Of a DNA stretch of 64,000 nt, positions 55,792-64,000 are shown piece by piece. The first letter of the stretch is position 1. Each line of letters opens with the position of its first letter. Location of the stretch: assembly GCA_003140095.1 (NCBI GenBank), contig PLIU01000491.1, positions 2,789 to 66,788 on the forward strand. Direction: 5' to 3'. Source of the DNA: Verrucomicrobiales bacterium (lineage in GTDB: Bacteria; Verrucomicrobiota; Verrucomicrobiia; Limisphaerales; Palsa-1400). Both the position numbers and the translations under genes were made by a program. The notes beneath the pieces are model-generated. The model was given only the letters and a program-made list of their open reading frames with translations, made no database searches and was not told where the DNA came from.

Positions 55792-58248
55792 TCACTCGAC
55801 CCTCCAGCCCAAAATTCCGCCTGAGAAGCCGAGCTGCAATTGCGCTTCGATCCGCAACGCCGCCGTCAGGACAGGACGGAATGAGAGCGTGTTCCATTTG
55901 TTCGCCGTCACGGACATGGCGGCAGGTTCCGTGACTTCCTTCCACTCTTCGCCGTCCAGGTAGAGCAAACGCCAGGAGGCCGGCAGGCGGCACTCGCCGT
56001 GGCCGGTATCGTCGAACCAATATACCTGCACCGCCGACACGCTTTTGGGCTGCGCAAAATTCAATTGCACCCATTCCTTGGTGCCACGGTGATCCCACCA
56101 AGTGAAGCGCGGGATGTTGTGGTCATCGGAACTGGCCGGTTGGAGGCCGTCGTCCAACGCCTCCAACGTGTCGCCCTCGAAGCAGTGGGAGGCGCTCGCC
56201 TTCAAGGCCGAGGCCGTCCATTCGTGCGCGCCGGGACCGGAGCCGATGACCGGAAACATCGTCAGCCGCAAACGGGCGGCGCCCATGGGAATAAGAGTGA
56301 TCTTCTCGTCCGGTTGGTCCGATTTCACCGGGCTGGGTTGGAGCTTGCCGATGACATGGTTGCCGTCCGCCTGCCAATTGGGAATGCGCCGGCCCAGCGC
56401 CTCCAATTTGATGGGAGTCGTCTCCGGCGTGAATGGCTGCGGCGACAGCGGGCCGCCGTCTGAAATAACCTTGAAGGAGGAGGCTGGATTTTGCTCATCG
56501 AGAACCAAGCCGTAGTTCCAGGGCGATTGGGGAAAAACCTCCCACTCCGGCCACTGGGGATTGCGCCCGCCGTAGGAGGCAAATCGCTCCTGGATCGCCA
56601 GCGAAAAACTCAATGGACCGTAATCCACCGACGCGGCGTCCTGGTTCTTGGGCCACCGGCGCACCGCCAGTTTCATGGGCAACCGCAACGTCACGGTGTC
56701 TCCGTCGCGCCACTCCCGCTCACGCCGGATGAAAGGCAGCGTCTTGGACGGCGCGCCGGCCGCCTCGCCATTGACGCTGACTGAGGCGGAGTCGCACCAG
56801 CGCGGCACCCGCAGATAGAGGGGAAACTTCGCCGGATGGGCGGTCTCGATCGTGAATTTGACCGTGTCTCGAAAAGGGTAATCGGTTTCTTCGATGATTT
56901 TAACCGCGGCCGCGTCCCCGGCCTTAGCGCTGACTTCGCAGGCGGAGTAAAGCGAAGCGCACAGACCGTTGTCGGGCGTGGCTAGCCAAAGTTCCTCAGC
57001 GTAGTAAGGCCAGCCGTGCGACACGTTGTGCTGACAGCAACGATAAACCTCAAACGGGCTGTAGGAAACCATCGTGCCGCCGTTCTGAATTTCGGGCGAT
57101 TTGTTGTCGCGGTCGAGTTGAATCTGGTTGGCGCAAGTGACGTAGTGCAGCGCCTTTTCGTCAGGCGTCAGCGCGGCGGGCAAACTGTTGAACGCGATCT
57201 CCTCGCAACGATCGGCCCAAACGGGCTGCCCGGTGATCTTGGTCAGCATCTCGAAGCTGTGCATCAACTCGACAATGCCGCACGTTTCGATGCCGCCGCG
57301 CGGATCGGTGTAGCCAGGACGCGAATTTTCGTCGCCGACAAATCCGCCGCCGGGAAATTGTCCGTAAGTGGCGAAGACCTTGTCGTAATTGCGTTCAGCC
57401 GAGGCCAGATGCCGGGGGTCTTGCGAGAGCATCCAAAACACCGTGCCCGCGCGAAATCCCTGGGAGACGTTGACGTTATGCCAATTAATGACGTCCTCGT
57501 CCCAGCGCGCCATGCCGGCGTGAATCTTGCGCGCCAAGTCGAGCAGGCCCGGTTCGCCCGTGCGGTTGTAGAGCCAGAAGACGCTCTCGATATTGTCGCC
57601 GAACCGGATTTTTGGCCAGTAGCCTTCGCCAAAAGCGCTGACCGGAAGAGTGTTCTCCCATTTGAAATAGCGGCCCATCACCTCGATGACGCGCGGGTCC
57701 CCTTCCGCCTCGTAATAGGACTGGAGGACGTTGAGCATGAGCATGTGCGGCCAAAGGTCGGGTTTGCCATCCAGGTTGGTGAGCAAATCGCGGGGGCCGA
57801 ACCAACCGTCCTCACGTTGGGTGGCCAGCACCGCCTCGATCCACTTTTTCGACTCCGCCTTTATGCCTTCGTCCTTGAGCACGTAACCGAGATCGCCATA
57901 GCCCTTGAGCCAGTAGGGCATTTCCTCCCAGCCGTATTTGCCGCGGCCCTGCGGGTCCGTCCACGCGCTTTTGGCGAAATCCAGCCATGGGGAGATTTGC
58001 TCCAGATGGCCCGTCATGCCATCGCGTTCCATTTCCAGTTGATGGCGCAGCCACGCGCGCGGGGTGATGGCGCCAATGGGAAGTTTGTAGAACGGAGAAG
58101 CCGCCAGCGGCGGACGGTTGCCGATGTAAGACGAGTTGGTCGAGGTCGAAACCGGGCGATCAACCAGGGCCACCTGGCCGAACCCGGCCACCATCGACGC
58201 GAAAAGACAGAAGGTTGCGAGAAGACGATTGAGAGCGATGGAATTCAT
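55792..58248 (-). CDS. DUF1680/GH127-like glycoside hydrolase (beta-L-arabinofuranosidase family type) with C-terminal discoidin-like domain
   Basis: 818 aa. Signal peptide. CCQHN motif. C-terminal ..SAVQVYWFDDTGHGECRLPASWRLLYLDGEEWKEV. Confidence 0.82.
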   Translation of the reverse strand: MNSIALNRLLATFCLFASMVAGFGQVALVDRPVSTSTNSSYIGNRPPLAASPFYKLPIGAITPRAWLRHQLEMERDGMTGHLEQISPWLDFAKSAWTDPQGRGKYGWEEMPYWLKGYGDLGYVLKDEGIKAESKKWIEAVLATQREDGWFGPRDLLTNLDGKPDLWPHMLMLNVLQSYYEAEGDPRVIEVMGRYFKWENTLPVSAFGEGYWPKIRFGDNIESVFWLYNRTGEPGLLDLARKIHAGMARWDEDVINWHNVNVSQGFRAGTVFWMLSQDPRHLASAERNYDKVFATYGQFPGGGFVGDENSRPGYTDPRGGIETCGIVELMHSFEMLTKITGQPVWADRCEEIAFNSLPAALTPDEKALHYVTCANQIQLDRDNKSPEIQNGGTMVSYSPFEVYRCCQHNVSHGWPYYAEELWLATPDNGLCASLYSACEVSAKAGDAAAVKIIEETDYPFRDTVKFTIETAHPAKFPLYLRVPRWCDSASVSVNGEAAGAPSKTLPFIRREREWRDGDTVTLRLPMKLAVRRWPKNQDAASVDYGPLSFSLAIQERFASYGGRNPQWPEWEVFPQSPWNYGLVLDEQNPASSFKVISDGGPLSPQPFTPETTPIKLEALGRRIPNWQADGNHVIGKLQPSPVKSDQPDEKITLIPMGAARLRLTMFPVIGSGPGAHEWTASALKASASHCFEGDTLEALDDGLQPASSDDHNIPRFTWWDHRGTKEWVQLNFAQPKSVSAVQVYWFDDTGHGECRLPASWRLLYLDGEEWKEVTEPAAMSVTANKWNTLSFRPVLTAALRIEAQLQLGFSGGILGWRVE

Positions 58249-58360
58249 GGATTATGTTCGTAAGATAAGTATAGAGGACATTGGCTCTCAAGTCACGTCG
58301 CCAATTTGGGCCACACGGAGGATCGGCCAGCCTTGTTTCCCCCCGCCACCTTGATCCACG

Positions 58361-60289
58361 TTATTGCCAAATCCGTACCAGGCAGACGCCGTGACGGAGG
58401 ACGTTGGCGGTGAAGGAGTCGGCAAATTCGCCCGCGTCCTTTTGCCGCCATAAATCGCGCACGTGGCATTGGCCGCTCAAGCCCAAATCCGCCCAATGCA
58501 CGGTCACTTCGGTATCGCCTTCGCCGCGGTTGAACAGGCCCACGGCCTTGGAGCCGTCGGCTAGGTCCTTGGCCCAGATTTCCGTGACGCCATCCTTGGC
58601 TTTGCGCGAGGCTTGGCGGCCTGCGGCGTCCTGATTCACGGCCAGCACTTCGTCGTTGGCCAGAAGATTCAAGGTGAACGGGTCCAATTGCGACATGTCG
58701 GCTCCGATAAGCAGCGGCGCGTCCAACAAGCACCAAAGGCTCACGTGGGTGTATTGCTCGTTGGGCGTCAGACGCGTAGGATGAAGATTGCCCCAGCCCA
58801 CTTTTCCCACCACCAGCATGTCGGGATCGTTCCAGTGGCCCGGCCCGGCCCATTTCTCGTGCCCGTTTTGCTGGAAGCCGATGCCGGACATGCTGCTCCA
58901 GGAATCGCCAATGTCGCCGGTGGTGCGCCAGCAATTGCCGCCGACCTCCGCGCCCCATTCCCACACGTCGCCCATGCCGTATTGACAGAGGCTGAACAGG
59001 ATGTCGCGATCCTGTTTGCGCAAGGCCGCCTCCATGACCTGGTAAGGCTTCATCAGGCCCGCGCGGCCGGGCGGCGACTTGTCGTATTCCTGGGAGTAGG
59101 AGCACCAATCGTATTTCAAATAGTCGATGCCCCAGTTGGCGTACTCTTGGGCGTCCTTCTCCTCGTGCTGCCAACTCGCCTCAAAGCCGGCGCATGTTTG
59201 GGGTCCGGGCGAGGAATAAATCCCCATCTTCAGGCCTTTGGAATGCACATAGTCGGCCAGCGCTTTCATGTCGGGAAACTTCTCATTTGATTGGATGAAT
59301 CCGTTCTCGTCCCGCTTGCCTTCCCAACAATCGTCAATATTAATATAGGTCCAGCCGTGATTGATCAAGCCGCTGCGCACCATGGCGTCGGCGGCGCTGC
59401 GGATTTTTCCGTCATCGACCGCGCCGGCGAAGCAATTCCAACTGTTCCATCCCAACGGCGGCGTCAAGGCGATTTTATCTCCAATCACGATCCGCAACAC
59501 CTTTTCTGCGCGGCCACTGGCATTTTGGGCGCTCAGTTTCACTTGAAATTCGCCCGCCTGCGCGACCACGCCGGTGATATCACCGCGCGCCGCGTCCAAG
59601 TTCAACCCCGACGGAAGTTTGTCCGCCGTAACTTTCACCGGCGCTTCGCCTGTCACTGGCACATGATAAAAAAATGGATGTCCCGGCCGCGCGCCGATCA
59701 CGGCGGGCCCGTTGATGCGCGGTTGCGGAGGATCGGGCGGGGTCAGAATCACCGCCTCCTCCCGCGGCGCGGCTGCGGTGGCGGGCGGCGCGCCGTCGTA
59801 CTGGAAACGCGCGTCAGCCCAGTCCGCGTGATCGAAATTGATGCCATCGCCGGCATCACCGACTTTCAAAGTCAGCGTTTTGACTGCGCTTAGGTCGAGG
59901 GTGAACGACTTGGCCGGCTCCCCGGCCTTCATCACGCCGCTTTGCCAGAGCGTTTTGCCGCCGTTGAGCACAAAGAATTCGATGCTGGCCTCCGGGCTGG
60001 CCACCTCTGCGTCCACGCCTACCTTGGCGGTGAATTGCGTGGCGCCGTTGAGAGTAACGTAGAGAGTGCTGGTGGCGTGCGTGCCCAGGCCGTGCTCGAA
60101 ACCCGTTTCCCCGATCTTCAACGGATGTCCCTCGACGGATAGATTGCGGTGGGGTTGGCCCCAGTCCTGTTCGGTATTGCCGACGTCCAATTGATCCAGG
60201 CGAATGGTTTCCGCTCCAGCCGAAAGGCCCAATAGGACAAGGCCGGAAACAAAAACGACGGCGCCGAGGCGATGAGATTTCCCGTTCAT
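58361..60289 (-). CDS. GH27 alpha-galactosidase with N-terminal NPCBM and Ig-like domains
   Basis: Trimmed to ATG 60287-60289 (MNGKSHRLGAVVFVSGLVLLGLSAGA). NPCBM-like HGLGTHA. GH27 core PPLGWNSWNCF..YINIDDCW.. Confidence 0.9.
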   Translation of the reverse strand: MNGKSHRLGAVVFVSGLVLLGLSAGAETIRLDQLDVGNTEQDWGQPHRNLSVEGHPLKIGETGFEHGLGTHATSTLYVTLNGATQFTAKVGVDAEVASPEASIEFFVLNGGKTLWQSGVMKAGEPAKSFTLDLSAVKTLTLKVGDAGDGINFDHADWADARFQYDGAPPATAAAPREEAVILTPPDPPQPRINGPAVIGARPGHPFFYHVPVTGEAPVKVTADKLPSGLNLDAARGDITGVVAQAGEFQVKLSAQNASGRAEKVLRIVIGDKIALTPPLGWNSWNCFAGAVDDGKIRSAADAMVRSGLINHGWTYINIDDCWEGKRDENGFIQSNEKFPDMKALADYVHSKGLKMGIYSSPGPQTCAGFEASWQHEEKDAQEYANWGIDYLKYDWCSYSQEYDKSPPGRAGLMKPYQVMEAALRKQDRDILFSLCQYGMGDVWEWGAEVGGNCWRTTGDIGDSWSSMSGIGFQQNGHEKWAGPGHWNDPDMLVVGKVGWGNLHPTRLTPNEQYTHVSLWCLLDAPLLIGADMSQLDPFTLNLLANDEVLAVNQDAAGRQASRKAKDGVTEIWAKDLADGSKAVGLFNRGEGDTEVTVHWADLGLSGQCHVRDLWRQKDAGEFADSFTANVLRHGVCLVRIWQ

Positions 60290-60438
60290 AGCAAAATCTT
60301 TCAAGGCGGCCATCCTAATGGCAGCCGTCACGGAAAGACAATTAGGAAAATGGAGGCAGAATAATTTAGGGAGACGTTCGGGCGGATTTCTGCCATGATG
60401 TCCGGCGTTCGAAAAAGGCAATCGCATTCGAAGTTCGA

Positions 60439-61197
60439 TTGCGGATGAGATTCAATCTGAACTATTACTTGGCATTGCTGCGCAACAACCCGTTGCTGGG
60501 GCTGGTCGTCGTGTTCCAGCTCTGGATGCTTGTTGACGCCGTGCGGCGGGAGGAATGGCTTTGGGCGGTGTTGATTTTCCTTTTCCCGCCATTTATGCCG
60601 CTGTGGTACTTCGTGTCGGTTTATCGGGCCGCGCCCTCGGCCACGCGGGGCTTCGAGTTGCCCGGCACCGGCAGCCGGCGGCGCATCAAGGAATTGGAGG
60701 GGCTGATCCACAATCTGGACAAGCCCCACCACTATCTTGAACTCGGAGACATCTATTTTCGAAAGGGGAACCTGGCCAAGGCCGAGTCGTGCTACCGCGC
60801 TTCACTGGAACGCGATCCCCAGGACATCGACGCCCGCGCCCATCTGGGCCAATGTTTGCTGCGCCAAAAGAAAGCGGAGGAGGCTTGCCCCACCCTGTAT
60901 CAGGTCTGCACGGAGAATCCCAAACACGACTACGGTTATTCGCTCATGGCCTACGCCGAGGCGCTGGCTGCTCTGGGCGACACGGACGCCGCGATCACCG
61001 TGTGGCAGGAAGTGCTCAAGAACCACAGCTACGCCCGCGCTCGCGTTCAATTGGGCCAATTATATCTGGCCAAGAACCGGCGCGATTTGGCCGAAGTCGA
61101 ATTTCGTGGAACGATCAACGACGACCGCCATGCGCCCAGCTACCAGCGCAAACGGGATCGGATGTGGGTTTGGAAGGCGAGGAGGCTCTTGGCATAA
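60439..61197 (+). CDS. Membrane-anchored TPR-repeat protein
   Basis: 252 aa. Two N-terminal TM helices (LWMLVDAVRREEWLWAVLIFLFPPF) followed by TPR repeats. Confidence 0.7.
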   Translation: MRMRFNLNYYLALLRNNPLLGLVVVFQLWMLVDAVRREEWLWAVLIFLFPPFMPLWYFVSVYRAAPSATRGFELPGTGSRRRIKELEGLIHNLDKPHHYLELGDIYFRKGNLAKAESCYRASLERDPQDIDARAHLGQCLLRQKKAEEACPTLYQVCTENPKHDYGYSLMAYAEALAALGDTDAAITVWQEVLKNHSYARARVQLGQLYLAKNRRDLAEVEFRGTINDDRHAPSYQRKRDRMWVWKARRLLA

Positions 61198-61306
61198 TTT
61201 CAGTGGTGGGTCTGGCTCATGCTCTTGATCGTAATAGTAATCTTAATCTTAATCCCATTTCAATCCCTCGCGTTGCCGTGGATTCAGTATTTGTTAGGTG
61301 ATAGAT

Positions 61307-61588
61307 TCAAGATTTCCGCTTTTGCTTCCTTCTCGGATGCTCGTAAACCTCCGAGGTCTCGTCGAACTCAGTAATGCTGGTCACAGTCGCCATTGGAACC
61401 AGGATGCGCCGGCCACGAACCGTCTTTCCAGAATCATGACCGTGGCGCCCTTCGATGAACAGCAGCCCCTCGTACCACTGCAAACACGGATCTTCAACGA
61501 CGGCAAATCCCTCGGTCACGCTGTCAACTCCGCCGAACGTCACGAGTGCAACGGATTTCGTGAAAAACTTCGGTTTCTTTTTCTTCAT
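61307..61588 (-). CDS. Small hypothetical protein (93 aa)
   Basis: ATG 61586-61588, preceded by aagga. Lys-rich N- and C-termini flank a beta-rich core (VALVTFGGVDSV..GRRILVPMATVTSITEF). Overlaps the preceding ORF by 65 nt. Confidence 0.4.
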   Translation of the reverse strand: MKKKKPKFFTKSVALVTFGGVDSVTEGFAVVEDPCLQWYEGLLFIEGRHGHDSGKTVRGRRILVPMATVTSITEFDETSEVYEHPRRKQKRKS

Positions 61589-61790
61589 TCTTCATTCTTC
61601 CTTTATGCCGGCAGGGCGCGGGTTCTTCGTGGAGGGCGCTCGCATCCGCGGGAACCTTCCGCCCGCGAATCGCCAGTTCGCGCTCGCGCAGGGCATCGAG
61701 CATCCGCAATTTTTCCGCCACGGGCCGCGCGGCCAGACTGCGTCGCAGGGCGCGTTTGCTTTCGAGAATTTTTTGCAGGTCCAGACTCAT
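61524..61790 (-). CDS. Small helical protein (conserved part is about the first 45 aa)
   Basis: ATGA overlap with the NTase-fold gene. MSLDLQKILESKRALRRSLAARPVAEKLRMLDALRERELAIRG. GC-rich third positions in the first ~50 codons only. Confidence 0.45.
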   Translation of the reverse strand: MSLDLQKILESKRALRRSLAARPVAEKLRMLDALRERELAIRGRKVPADASALHEEPAPCRHKGRMKNEEKETEVFHEIRCTRDVRRS

Positions 61791-62314
61791 GGAACATCGC
61801 TCAAGAATTGTCGTTCAAACTTGCGCCAGGCGTCAAGAAGGCTGTGCCGGGCGAGGATGGCTTGAAAACGCGCAGCGTCCAGCGCGCCAGCATCGATGAA
61901 TTGGAGAAGGCGCGCTTTGTCCTTGGCACGCCCGGTTGGGAGCGCAATGGCACCAAGGTGTTCGGCGGTGAAGACAGAGAGCCGAGTTTCGTCCAGGTCT
62001 TTGTTCACAGATTCCTCCAACGCTTCTTCCACCAGCGGATTTCCCGGCGGTAGAAATTGCACGGGACAGCCTCCAATGACGACATATTCGCCCTCCATCG
62101 CGCAGCCCCGCGCCTTGAGGTAATCGAAAATCGGCTGCGGATTGACTATCAAACTGGCCGGATCAGATTTGAAAGCCGCGAAAATGTCCACGTTCAGCGT
62201 GGCCACGGGTTCAAGATAAAAATTCGCGCCCACCTCGCCAACGATCGCGTAGCGCTCGATCACGCCGTCCGCTTGCATCTGGTTAATCGCCTGGATGGCT
62301 TCTATAATCGCCAT
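61787..62314 (-). CDS. Nucleotidyltransferase-fold protein, function unknown (175 aa)
   Basis: ATG 62312-62314. YAIVGEVGANFYLEPVATLNVDIFA fits hG[GS]-x(9-13)-[DE]h[DE]h loosely (GE..NVD). Confidence 0.55.
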   Translation of the reverse strand: MAIIEAIQAINQMQADGVIERYAIVGEVGANFYLEPVATLNVDIFAAFKSDPASLIVNPQPIFDYLKARGCAMEGEYVVIGGCPVQFLPPGNPLVEEALEESVNKDLDETRLSVFTAEHLGAIALPTGRAKDKARLLQFIDAGALDAARFQAILARHSLLDAWRKFERQFLSDVP

Positions 62315-62445
62315 GCTGGCATCGCGAAACTGATGACGAACTGGAGTGTACAGCAGGCCGCTGGAGCGGCAAGAAGCTTTTATTTGCTTTTCCCGGCAGA
62401 CGTGTCCAACATGACGCCCGGAACAACACTTAACCCAGTCATCTC

Positions 62446-63324
62446 ATGGAAACAATTGGATTTGTCGGAGTGGGCCGGATGGGCGCGAATATGGCGCGGC
62501 GCTTGCGCGAGCAAGGCTTCGTCATTGCTGCCGTCTATGATGTGCATCACGAGGCCGCCAAAACACTGGCCCAGGAACTGGGCAGCCAAGCCGCCACCGA
62601 GCTGAAAGAAGTCACCAAATTGTCGGAAGTGATCATCACCGTCGTGACCGACGACAAGGCCATGAGGAGCATTTACCTCGACGGTCTGCTCCAGCGCAGC
62701 CGCGGCAAGCTCTTCATCAATTGCGCCACTGTTTCGCCGGCGGTCCACGTGTGGGTCGAGCAGAAGGCGCAGAAGACCGGCGCGCAAGCGTTGGAAGCCT
62801 GCATGGCCTCCAGCATTACTCAGGCCCGCGAAGGCACGCTCTACCTGATGTGCGGCGGCCACGAGGCGGCTTTCAACCGCGCCAAACCGATCCTGGAAAA
62901 GTTGTCCGCCTCTATGCGCTATATCGGCCTCGCGGGCACCGCGGCGCAGGTCAAAGCGCTGGTCAACATGGTCATGAACATCAACACCGCCGGGTTGGCC
63001 GAAGGTCTCGGCTTGGGGGCGGCGCTCGGATTGGACCTGGGCCTGTTGCGCGAAGTCTTTTCGCAGACAGGCGCCAACTCGCGCGTGTTGCAAACCGACG
63101 GCGAGGACATGCAAAACCGCGAGCATAGCTGCTTTTTTTCCGCCGCCCACGCGGCCAAGGATTCCGGCATCGCCTTGAGCCTGGCCAGGGAACAAGGGCT
63201 GCACCTGCCGCTAGCCGCCGCCACGAAGAAGCAGTTCGATACCATGGTCAAAGAAGGATTGGGCGAGTTGGACAAATCCGGCGTCGCCGAATTGACTTTC
63301 AAAGGCCGGCATCGGCAGAAGTAA
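62446..63324 (+). CDS. NAD(P)-dependent oxidoreductase, 3-hydroxyisobutyrate/6-phosphogluconate dehydrogenase-like
   Basis: 292 aa. Rossmann motif IGFVGVGRMGANMARRL. Confidence 0.88.
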   Translation: METIGFVGVGRMGANMARRLREQGFVIAAVYDVHHEAAKTLAQELGSQAATELKEVTKLSEVIITVVTDDKAMRSIYLDGLLQRSRGKLFINCATVSPAVHVWVEQKAQKTGAQALEACMASSITQAREGTLYLMCGGHEAAFNRAKPILEKLSASMRYIGLAGTAAQVKALVNMVMNINTAGLAEGLGLGAALGLDLGLLREVFSQTGANSRVLQTDGEDMQNREHSCFFSAAHAAKDSGIALSLAREQGLHLPLAAATKKQFDTMVKEGLGELDKSGVAELTFKGRHRQK

Positions 63325-63373
63325 CAGCCTTCGGGCCGATGAGTTCGCACAGAATCCAAAACGGCTGAAATCC

Positions 63374-64000
63374 ATGAAAGCCAGCCCGATTTGGCGCTGG
63401 GAAAAGGGCCGCAGGCCGCGTCGCTGGCCGGATGAATTGGCCCGGGAGGAGCCGCTGGAAATCCGCGTGGACGATCGTGCCGTGGCCGTGACGATGCGAA
63501 CGCCCGGCCACGACGAGGAATTAGCGGCGGGTTTTCTGGTCAGCGAAGGGCTTATCGACCGCCGTGAACAAGTGGTGAACACGGCGACACATCCCCGTAA
63601 CGCGGACCGAAACGTGATCGGCGTTTTCCTGGCCGACGGAGTGGAAATCGATTTCCAACGTCTCACCCGCCACACATTCGTTTCCTCAAGCTGCGGCCTT
63701 TGCGGCAAAGCGAGCATCGAGTCGGTCCGGCGGCAATTCCCGCCGATAAACCGCCCAGTCCGCGTGCTGGCGGAGACCTTGCTGGCGTTGCCGGAGACTC
63801 TGCGCCGCGCGCAAACGACGTTCGCCCGTACCGGCGGCCTGCACGCGGCCGGCCTCTTCGATCTGGATGGAAACTTGCTCATGTTGCGTGAGGACATCGG
63901 GCGGCACAACGCGGTGGATAAAGTCCTGGGCCGCAGTTTTCTCGACGGCCGGCTGCCTTTGGACCGGCACATTCTTGTGGTCAGCGGCCGCGCCTCATTT
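63374..64000 (+). CDS. fdhD: Formate dehydrogenase accessory sulfurtransferase FdhD (3' end beyond window)
   Basis: Not in the ORF track because it has no stop in the window. My translation from ATG 63374: MKASPIWRWEKG..LEIRVDDRAVAVTMRTPGHDEELAAGFLVSEGL..SSSCGLCGKASIE..GGLHAAGLFD..EDIGRHNAVDKVLG. Confidence 0.88.
   Translation, partial: MKASPIWRWEKGRRPRRWPDELAREEPLEIRVDDRAVAVTMRTPGHDEELAAGFLVSEGLIDRREQVVNTATHPRNADRNVIGVFLADGVEIDFQRLTRHTFVSSSCGLCGKASIESVRRQFPPINRPVRVLAETLLALPETLRRAQTTFARTGGLHAAGLFDLDGNLLMLREDIGRHNAVDKVLGRSFLDGRLPLDRHILVVSGRASF

Noticed and set aside
57016-59290. Plus-strand ORFs 57016..58263 (415 aa) and 58613..59290 (225 aa), and minus-strand ORF 58293..59174 (293 aa)
   Set aside because: The plus-strand ORFs are antisense to the GH127-like and GH27 genes. 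The minus-strand ORF is an alternative frame of the GH27 gene. In each case the glycosidase frame carries the family motifs.
62380-63972. Minus-strand ORFs 62380..63204 (274 aa) and 63211..63972 (253 aa)
   Set aside because: They are antisense to the Rossmann-fold oxidoreductase and to fdhD, both of which have clear signatures.

Overview
64-kb high-GC bacterial chromosomal segment. The gene content (secreted GH95, DUF1680/GH127-like and GH27+NPCBM glycosidases, an NHL/BACON surface protein, many signal-peptide proteins) suggests a glycan-degrading PVC/Verrucomicrobia-like organism; this is inference only. Housekeeping genes: uvrB, hisS, coaD-yceD-rpmF-plsX-fabH, tRNA-Asp, purF, thiH-thiS, fdhD (3'-partial). 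Accessory and regulatory blocks: an orphan Opp/Dpp-type ABC ATPase pair; a LytS/LytTR two-component system next to a beta-lactamase-fold serine hydrolase; a MarR+ABM pair; a CusRS-like TCS with an MFP-RraA-RND-TolC-lipoprotein efflux operon; an LPS-core GT9 plus Kdo-hydroxylase-like pair; and an 1148-aa PEPCK-like giant (possible PPi-type PEPCK). Most notable observations: (i) a ~4.8-kb decaying integrative element in tRNA-Asp(GUC), bounded by a perfect 28-nt direct repeat, carrying a tyrosine integrase, an inactivated Sel1/protease gene, a frameshifted double-tyrosine HUH Rep and a Phd/RelE pair; (ii) a 5' remnant of cas3 with a homopolymer frameshift, in an ORF-poor AT-richer spacer with no CRISPR array; (iii) IS110-family and phage remnants at 37.9-39.9 kb, with a 17-nt repeat also present at 10.49 kb; (iv) a compact three-gene NTase-fold module of unknown function at 61.3-62.3 kb; (v) thiH-thiS translationally coupled to a Cys-rich DR2241-like protein. 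No single feature could be shown from sequence alone to be a new system; the candidates are ranked by interest. Many long ORFs in the track are antisense shadows of real genes, typical of high-GC DNA, and were not called.
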